Source of the DNA: Anaeromyxobacteraceae bacterium
Lineage (GTDB): Bacteria > Myxococcota > Myxococcia > Myxococcales > Anaeromyxobacteraceae
Assembly: GCA_032654565.1 (NCBI GenBank)
Contig: JAULAX010000017.1
Coordinates: 576,001 to 640,000, forward strand
DNA length: 64,000 nucleotides
Reading direction: 5' to 3'
The notes under the pieces: model-generated
Told to the model about the DNA's origin: nothing
Databases searched by the model: none
What the model saw: the letters and a program-made list of their open reading frames with translations, nothing else
Program-made: the position numbers and the translations under genes
Part shown: piece by piece, positions 57,516 to 64,000 of the stretch
Layout: each line of letters starts with the position of its first letter
Numbering within the stretch: the stretch's first letter is position 1

Positions 57516-58688
57516 TCACTTGCTCCCATCGTTGATGATGATGAAGTTGACGACGAACTCGACGCGCCGGTTCTTCTCGCGGCCGGCCGCGCTGTCGTTG
57601 GTGGCGGCGGGGACCGACGAGGAGAAGCCCTTGGAGACCAGCCGCTCGGCGCCGACGCCGTGGGCCACCAGGTAGTCGAGGACCGCCTTGGCGCGGTGCT
57701 CGGAGAGATCCTGGTTGTGGTCGTAGGCGCCCTCGGAGGAGGCGTGCCCCTCGACCTGGACGCGGAAGTTCCTGTTGTCCTTGAGCGCCTGGACCACCTC
57801 GTCGAGCGCCGGGAAGGAGGCGGGCTCGAGGACGGCCTCGTTCCAGTGGAAGAAGAGCTTCTCCTTCAGCTCGAGCTTGTCCGCCTTGACCACCAGCTTC
57901 TGGTAGGGCGGGCAGCCGTGGTTCTCCCACGGGCCGGCCACGTCGGGGCAGCGGTCGACGTTGTCGGGGACGCCGTCGGCGTCACGGTCGGGGCAGGAGA
58001 AGGCCTGCTGGACCACGGTGCGGACCTCGGCGGGGAGCGCCGCCTCGCGCTTGACCGGCCGCTTCACGCCGGGGCCGACCTCCAGGCTCAGCCCCACGGT
58101 GAGGAGCTTGGCGTCGTGGTTGTCGTAGCCGGCTCGCGATCCCTGGATGATCTGCGAGTAGCGGACGAACGGGCCGATCCAGTAGGCGCGCTGCTCACCC
58201 AGGGGCAGCGCGGCGCCGGCGCCCAGGGAGACCCCGGGGCGGTTGAGCGGGCCGGTGCGGACGTACTGGGCGTCAAGGTCGGCCCAGGGGGAGATGTTGT
58301 AGAAGCGGTCGTTGTCCGGGAGGTCGCGCGGCCGCTGCACCACCAGGCTGGCGCCGAAGCCCCAGGCGGTCCCGAAGCGGCTGATCCCGTCGTCCGCCGG
58401 CAGCGCCAGGAAGCTGACGCTGGGGCCGGCCGCCAGGTAGCGGTTCAGCGACCAGAGCCCCTTCACGGAGAGGGCGCCGCCCGCGGTGAAGAGCTTCGAC
58501 TGCGGCTTGGTCAGCGGGAAGGCGACCCCGGGCTCCAGCTTCAGCGAGAAGGCGCCGGCCTCGGCCGGCAGGGGATCCTGGCTGGTGGCCGCCGCCTGGG
58601 CGCCTCCGGCGACCGGGGTCAGCAGCAGGAAGGCGGCCACGACGGCGGCGATGGTCGTCGACTGTGCCTGCGGGAATCCTCGATTCAT
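57516..58688 (-). CDS. OmpA family protein 2 (paralog of 47191-48363)
   Basis: Same architecture and long shared peptides (QRPRDLPDNDRFYN, YVRTGPLNRPG). Confidence 0.9.
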   Translation of the reverse strand: MNRGFPQAQSTTIAAVVAAFLLLTPVAGGAQAAATSQDPLPAEAGAFSLKLEPGVAFPLTKPQSKLFTAGGALSVKGLWSLNRYLAAGPSVSFLALPADDGISRFGTAWGFGASLVVQRPRDLPDNDRFYNISPWADLDAQYVRTGPLNRPGVSLGAGAALPLGEQRAYWIGPFVRYSQIIQGSRAGYDNHDAKLLTVGLSLEVGPGVKRPVKREAALPAEVRTVVQQAFSCPDRDADGVPDNVDRCPDVAGPWENHGCPPYQKLVVKADKLELKEKLFFHWNEAVLEPASFPALDEVVQALKDNRNFRVQVEGHASSEGAYDHNQDLSEHRAKAVLDYLVAHGVGAERLVSKGFSSSVPAATNDSAAGREKNRRVEFVVNFIIINDGSK

Positions 58689-58812
58689 CTGGTGCTCCTC
58701 GGTTGGGCCTGCTGGAGCGCTCCCGCGGACGGTGGTGTCCGCCGTGAGGGCGCTGAACGTTTGGGCTGGCGCCGGTGGCCGGTGCCTCCCCTCGAGTCTG
58801 GAGGTCATGCAA

Positions 58813-58828
58813 AGCACCTTCCGGGCCA
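58813..58828 (-). promoter_or_regulatory. Sigma-54 promoter of ompA2-IBP3
   Basis: TGGCCCGGAAGGTGCT (GG-N10-GC). Confidence 0.72.
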
Positions 58829-58891
58829 TGCTTCGCATCGAGTGATTCCAGCCACTTGCAGCACGATTCCGGGACCGGGCTGGCCCAATCA

Positions 58892-58924
58892 ATCGAATTG
58901 ACGTACCCTTTCTTTCAATTCGAT
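58892..58924. promoter_or_regulatory. Putative upstream activator/operator
   Basis: ATCGAATTGA-N13-TCAATTCGAT perfect inverted repeat in an AT-rich patch. Confidence 0.68.
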
Positions 58925-58939
58925 GGAGACCATCCGTCC

Positions 58940-60637
58940 ATGCGCGCCGAGGAGCTGAACCACAAGGAGCTGCTCGAGCTGGACCCCGACGGCGGCCTGA
59001 TCCGCTTCGCCGGCCAGCGCGCCCTGCTCATCGACGCCGTGGCCATGGGGCTGCTGCGCAAGTACCTGGTGGAGAACTTCGGCCTCATCGCCGCCCGCAC
59101 CGTGCTCACCCAGTTCGGCTTCGCCCACGGCTGGCGCATGGCCGAGGCCATGCAGTCGGAGTTCAAGTGGGACAGCGAGGAGGACTGGCGCGGCGCCGGC
59201 GTCCGCTGCCACGCCCTGGAGGGGCTCTTCCGCGTCGAGGCGGGCAGCATCGGGGCCCTCACCCGGGAAGGGCTGATGCTGGGCGCCTCCTACGAGGCCG
59301 AGCAGCACCTGCTCCACTTCGGCCGCTCCGACGTCCCGGCCTGCTGGACCATCACCGGGCTCACCAGCGGCTACCTGAGCCGGAGCAGCGGCCAGGAGAT
59401 CTTCGTCCTCGAGGACCGCTGCCTCGGCCACGGCGACGCCGCCTGCCACCTCATCGGTCGCACCCGGCAGGAGTGGGGCGACGAGCGAGCCGAGGAGCTG
59501 CGCTTCTTCGAGCCCCTCCGCCTCCAGGCCTGCCTCGACGTCTCGCTCCACCGGGTCACCGAGACCCTCAAGGCGGCCGAGCGGAAGCTCAGCGCCCGCC
59601 GCAGGGCCCTGGTCCGGGTGGCCCCCGAGGTCGAGGAGCCGCTCGGGCTGGTGGCCAAGAGCGCGCCCATGCGCCAGCTGGTGGACCTGGCCCGGCGGGT
59701 GGCCCGGGTGGACTCCACCGTCCTCATCACCGGCGAGAGCGGCTCGGGCAAGGAGCGCATCGCCCGGATCGTCCACGACGAGTCGACGCGCGCCACCGGG
59801 CCGTTCATCGCCGTCAACTGCGGGGCCATCACCGAGACGCTGCTGGAGAGCGAGCTGTTCGGCCACGCCCGGGGCGCCTTCACCGGCGCCACCCAGGACC
59901 GGCCCGGGCTCTTCGAGGCCGCCAACAGCGGCACCCTGCTGCTCGACGAGGTGGGCGAGGTCTCCACCGGCATGCAGGTCAAGCTGCTCCGCGCCCTGCA
60001 GGAGCGGGAGGTGCGGCGGGTCGGCGAGAACAAGAGCCGCAAGGTCGACGTGCGGATCGTCACCGCCACCAACCGCGACCTGGGCCAGGCGGTGGAGGGC
60101 GGCACCTTCCGCCAGGACCTCTACTACCGGCTCAAGGTGGTCGAGCTGCACGTGCCGCCGCTGCGCGCCCGGCGCGACGACATCCTGCCGCTGGCGCGGG
60201 TCCTGCTCGCCGAGGCGGCGCTGCGCATGAAGCGGGTCATCGCCGGCCTGGCCCCGGCCGCCGCCGCCCAGCTGCTGCGCTACGAGTGGCCCGGCAACGT
60301 CCGCGAGCTGGAGAACGCCATGGAGCGCGCGGTGGCGCTGGCCCGCGGGAGCCGCGTCGAGCTCGAGGACCTGGCCGAGGAGATCCGCCAGGCCTTCCCC
60401 AGGCCGCTGGCCACGCTCGGGGCGGTGCGGCCGCTCGACGAGGTGGAGCGGGAGTACATCGTGGCGGCGCTGGAGCTGAACGGCGGCAACCAGACCCAGA
60501 CCGCCGCCCAGCTGCAGATCGGCTCGGCCACCCTCTACCGGAAGCTCAAGAGCTACGGCCTGATCGGCGGCAAGGGGGCCACGCGCCGGCCCGCCGGCGC
60601 CACCGCCAAGGGCGGCGGCAAGGGCGCTCGCCCGTAG
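58940..60637 (+). CDS. XylR/DmpR-type (V4R) sigma-54 enhancer-binding protein
   Basis: [49 protein letters not shown], Fis-like HTH. Confidence 0.93.
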   Translation: MRAEELNHKELLELDPDGGLIRFAGQRALLIDAVAMGLLRKYLVENFGLIAARTVLTQFGFAHGWRMAEAMQSEFKWDSEEDWRGAGVRCHALEGLFRVEAGSIGALTREGLMLGASYEAEQHLLHFGRSDVPACWTITGLTSGYLSRSSGQEIFVLEDRCLGHGDAACHLIGRTRQEWGDERAEELRFFEPLRLQACLDVSLHRVTETLKAAERKLSARRRALVRVAPEVEEPLGLVAKSAPMRQLVDLARRVARVDSTVLITGESGSGKERIARIVHDESTRATGPFIAVNCGAITETLLESELFGHARGAFTGATQDRPGLFEAANSGTLLLDEVGEVSTGMQVKLLRALQEREVRRVGENKSRKVDVRIVTATNRDLGQAVEGGTFRQDLYYRLKVVELHVPPLRARRDDILPLARVLLAEAALRMKRVIAGLAPAAAAQLLRYEWPGNVRELENAMERAVALARGSRVELEDLAEEIRQAFPRPLATLGAVRPLDEVEREYIVAALELNGGNQTQTAAQLQIGSATLYRKLKSYGLIGGKGATRRPAGATAKGGGKGARP

Positions 60638-60816
60638 GGGCCCGCGGGCCCGCCCCGAACCCGGCGGGGCCGGGCGAAGTCCCCGACCCTGCCGGGGTGA
60701 CTCCAAGCGCCCGCGCCCCCGCCGATGAATCGGCCTATGGTGTAGACGGGTGCAGTCGTCGCCCCCGGTCTCGCGAACCGTCAGTCCCTTCGCGTGTTGC
60801 CAGATCGGCGTCACCT

Positions 60817-63351
60817 ATGCGTCCCACCGACCACGTCGTCGCCGCCCCCGTCCGCTCGGCGGCCGAGGAAGTCATCGAGGTGCGCCGCCAGGCGGCCTCG
60901 CTCAAGACGGGCGCCCTGCAGGACGCCATCTTCAACAGCGCCAACTTCTCCAGCATCGCCACCGACGAGAACGGGGTCATCCAGATCTTCAACGTCGGCG
61001 CCGAGCGCATGCTCGGCTACGCCGCCGCCGAGGTGATGAACAAGATCACCCCGGCCGACATCTCCGACCCCATGGAGCTGATCGCCCGGGCCAAGGCCCT
61101 GAGCCTGGAGCTGGCCACCACCATCCGCCCCGGCTTCGAGGCCCTGGTCTTCAAGGCCTCTCGCGGCATCGAGGACATCTACGAGCTGACCTACATCCGC
61201 AAGGACGGCAGCCGCTTCCCGGCGGTGGTGTCGGTCACCGCCCTGCGTGACGACGACGGGGGCATCCTCGGCTACCTGCTCATCGGCACCGACAACAGCG
61301 CCCGCAAGCGCGCCGAGGAGGCCCTGCTCAAGGCCGGGGCCCTGCAGAGCGCCATCTTCAACAGCGCCAACTTCTCCAGCATCGCCACCGACGCCCGCGG
61401 CGTCATCCAGATCTTCAACGTCGGCGCCGAGCGCATGCTCGGCTACGCCGCCGCCGAGGTGATGAACAAGATCACCCCGGCCGACATCTCCGACCCGCAG
61501 GAGGTGATCGCCCGGGCCGGCGCCCTGAGCAAGGAGCTGGGCACCGCCATCCGCCCCGGCTTCGAGGCCCTGGTCTTCAAGGCCTCGCGCGGCATCGAGG
61601 ACATCTACGAGCTGACCTACATCCGCAAGGACGGCAGCCGCTTCCCGGCCATCGTCTCGGTCACCGCCCTGCGCGACGCCCAGGGGGCGATCATCGGCTT
61701 CCTGCTCATCGGCACCGACAACACCGCCCGCAAGCTGGTCGAGGCCGAGCAGCAGGTCCTCGACCAGCGGCTCCGCGACCAGGTGTTCCTGACCCGCTCC
61801 CTCATCGAGTCGAACATCGACGCCATCATGACCGCCGACCCATCGGGGCGGATCACCGACGTCAACCGCCAGATGGAGGCCCTCACCGGCTGCACCCGCG
61901 ACGAGCTGATCGACTCGGCCTTCAAGGACTACTTCACCGACCCGGCCCGGGCCGAGAACAGCATCAAGCTGGTGCTGAGCAACCAGCGGATCACCGACTA
62001 CGAGCTCACGGCGCGGGCCCGCGACGGCAAGGAGACGGTGGTCTCCTACAACGCCACCACCTTCTACAACCGCGAGGGGAAGCTGCAGGGGATGTTCGCC
62101 GCCGCCCGCGACGTCACCGAGCGCAAGCGCCTCGACCAGGTGCTGCGGGAGAAGAACGTCGAGCTGGAGAACGCCAAGTCGATCGCCGAGAAGGCCAACC
62201 TGGCCAAGTCGGAGTTCCTCTCCAGCATGAGCCACGAGCTGCGCAGCCCGCTCAACGCCATCCTCGGGTTCGCCCAGCTCATGGAGTCCGACTCACCGCC
62301 GCCGACGGCCAGCCAGGCCGAGAGCGTGGCCCAGATCCTCCAGGCCGGGTGGCACCTGCTGCGGCTCATCGACGAGATCCTCGACCTGGCCAAGGTCGAG
62401 TCCGGGCAGGTGCCGCTCTCGCCCGAGCCGGTCTCGATGGCCGAGGTGATGCGGGAGTGCCAGGGGATGCTGGAGCCCATGGCGCGCCAGCGCGGCATCC
62501 AGATGACCTTCCCGCGCTTCGAGCTGCCCACCTTCGTCCACGCCGACCGGACCCGGGTCAAGCAGGTGCTCCTCAACCTGCTCTCCAACGCCATCAAGTA
62601 CAACGTCACCGGGGGCACCATCACGGTGACCTGCGCCGAGACCCGGATCGGGCGCCTCCGGACCACCATCACCGACTCCGGCGCCGGGCTGCGCCCCGAA
62701 CAGCTCGGCCAGCTCTTCCAGGCCTTCAACCGGCTCGGCCAGGAGGCCGGCGCCGAGCAGGGGACCGGCATCGGGCTGGTGGTGGCCAAGCAGCTGGTCG
62801 AGCTGATGGGCGGCGCCATCGGCGTGGAGAGCACGGTCGGGGTGGGCAGTTCCTTCTGGTTCGAGCTGGTGGCGGTCGACGAGCCCCACCTGGCCCACGA
62901 GGGCCAGGGCGCCAACGCCCATGGCCAGGTCACCGTGCCGGCGGCCGGGCGGCAGCACACCCTGCTCTACGTCGAGGACAACCCGGCCAACATGAAGCTG
63001 GTGGAGCAGATCATCGCCCGCCACCCGGGGATCCAGCTGCTCACCGCCATCACCGGCACCGCAGGTGTGGAGCTGGCCCGCCGCGCCCACCCCGACGTCA
63101 TCCTCATGGACATCAACCTGCCCGGCATCAGCGGCTTCGACGCCCTGAAGATCCTCCAGGCCAGCCCGGACACCGCCGGCATCCCGGTCATCGCCCTCAG
63201 CGCCAACGCCATGCAGCGGGACATCGACATGGGGCTGAAGGCCGGGTTCTTCCGCTACATCCCCAAGCCCATCAAGGTCTCCGAGTTCATGGACGCGCTG
63301 GTCCTGGCGCTCAAGACCACCAGCGCCCAGCCCGCCCCGGAAGCCAGCTAG
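60817..63351 (+). CDS. Cytoplasmic PAS-PAS-PAS hybrid histidine kinase
   Basis: Three PAS domains; FLSSMSHELRSPLN, NLLSNAIKY, GTGIGL; receiver LYVEDN..LMDINLP. Confidence 0.93.
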   Translation: MRPTDHVVAAPVRSAAEEVIEVRRQAASLKTGALQDAIFNSANFSSIATDENGVIQIFNVGAERMLGYAAAEVMNKITPADISDPMELIARAKALSLELATTIRPGFEALVFKASRGIEDIYELTYIRKDGSRFPAVVSVTALRDDDGGILGYLLIGTDNSARKRAEEALLKAGALQSAIFNSANFSSIATDARGVIQIFNVGAERMLGYAAAEVMNKITPADISDPQEVIARAGALSKELGTAIRPGFEALVFKASRGIEDIYELTYIRKDGSRFPAIVSVTALRDAQGAIIGFLLIGTDNTARKLVEAEQQVLDQRLRDQVFLTRSLIESNIDAIMTADPSGRITDVNRQMEALTGCTRDELIDSAFKDYFTDPARAENSIKLVLSNQRITDYELTARARDGKETVVSYNATTFYNREGKLQGMFAAARDVTERKRLDQVLREKNVELENAKSIAEKANLAKSEFLSSMSHELRSPLNAILGFAQLMESDSPPPTASQAESVAQILQAGWHLLRLIDEILDLAKVESGQVPLSPEPVSMAEVMRECQGMLEPMARQRGIQMTFPRFELPTFVHADRTRVKQVLLNLLSNAIKYNVTGGTITVTCAETRIGRLRTTITDSGAGLRPEQLGQLFQAFNRLGQEAGAEQGTGIGLVVAKQLVELMGGAIGVESTVGVGSSFWFELVAVDEPHLAHEGQGANAHGQVTVPAAGRQHTLLYVEDNPANMKLVEQIIARHPGIQLLTAITGTAGVELARRAHPDVILMDINLPGISGFDALKILQASPDTAGIPVIALSANAMQRDIDMGLKAGFFRYIPKPIKVSEFMDALVLALKTTSAQPAPEAS

Positions 63352-63371
63352 CGCCCCGACCGAGCGAGCCC

Positions 63372-64000
63372 ATGGCCATGGCGAAGAACCCGGAGATCCT
63401 GGCGGCCAGCATCCTCATCGTCGACGACCAGGAGGCCGGGGCCCGCCTGCTGGAGCGGATGCTCCGCGGGGCCGGCTACGGGTCGATCACCCTCACCCAG
63501 GACCCCCGCGCCGTCCGCGGCCTCTACCTGCAGCACCGCTACGACCTCATCCTCCTCGACCTGCAGATGCCCGGCATGGACGGCTTCCAGGTCATGGACG
63601 CGCTCCGCGAGGACGAGCTGGAGGGCTACCTGCCGGTGCTGGTGGTCACCGCCCAGCCGGGTCACCGGCTGCGGGCCCTCCAGGCCGGGGCCAAGGACTT
63701 CATCAGCAAGCCCTTCGAGCTGGCCGAGGTGCTGGCCCGCGTCCACAACATGCTGGAGGTGCGGCTGCTGCACCGCAGCCTGCACCGCAGCAACGAGGTG
63801 CTGGAGCAGCGGGTCCTGGAGCGGACCGCCGAGCTCCAGGGCAGCTACCTGGAGACCATCGTCACCATGCTGCGCGCCGCGGAGTACAAGGACGAGGACA
63901 CCGGCGCCCACGTGGTCCGGATCAGCCACTACAGCAGGCTGCTGGCCGGGCGGCTGGGGATGGAGCCGGCCTTCATCGACCGCATCTTCATCGCCAGCCC
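63372..64000 (+). CDS. Response regulator with HD-GYP domain (RpfG-like), runs off the right edge
   Basis: Manual translation MAMAKNPEILAASILIVDD...LLDLQMP...AAEYKDEDTGAHVVRISHYS. Confidence 0.88.
   Translation, partial: MAMAKNPEILAASILIVDDQEAGARLLERMLRGAGYGSITLTQDPRAVRGLYLQHRYDLILLDLQMPGMDGFQVMDALREDELEGYLPVLVVTAQPGHRLRALQAGAKDFISKPFELAEVLARVHNMLEVRLLHRSLHRSNEVLEQRVLERTAELQGSYLETIVTMLRAAEYKDEDTGAHVVRISHYSRLLAGRLGMEPAFIDRIFIAS

Noticed and set aside
1..64000. CRISPR arrays, tRNA or rRNA genes
   Set aside because: No regularly spaced repeat-spacer array or tRNA/rRNA signature seen by eye; a covariance-model scan would be needed to exclude small RNAs.

Overview
A very GC-rich bacterial window whose gene content suggests an Anaeromyxobacter-like myxobacterium (inference). 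From left to right it contains: (i) an extracellular cytochrome/adhesin operon, including a >1342-aa secreted FN3-repeat protein missing from the ORF track; (ii) an operon of a nonaheme cytochrome c, a cytochrome b, an M56/M48 peptidase, a heme-c-motif sensor kinase and a NarL-type regulator; (iii) purU, vapBC, terC, a TolC/RND efflux system and an ExbB/ExbD/TonB/receptor system; (iv) parDE-like and hicAB-like toxin-antitoxin pairs whose toxins both look crippled; (v) a ~10 kb island (33.3-43.5 kb) bounded by a duplicated 3' end of an aldo/keto reductase gene, carrying a candidate defence trio (PcfJ-like protein, beta-CASP nuclease, PD-(D/E)XK nuclease) and two inverted IS3-family copies that each split a gene; (vi) pgm; (vii) a sigma-54-controlled cluster with three DUF3494 ice-binding-like lipoproteins, two OmpA proteins, stress genes and two enhancer-binding proteins, for which five -24/-12 promoters and two enhancer classes are readable in the DNA; (viii) a tandem-PAS hybrid kinase and an HD-GYP response regulator. 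All family assignments are by motif recognition; no database searches were run.
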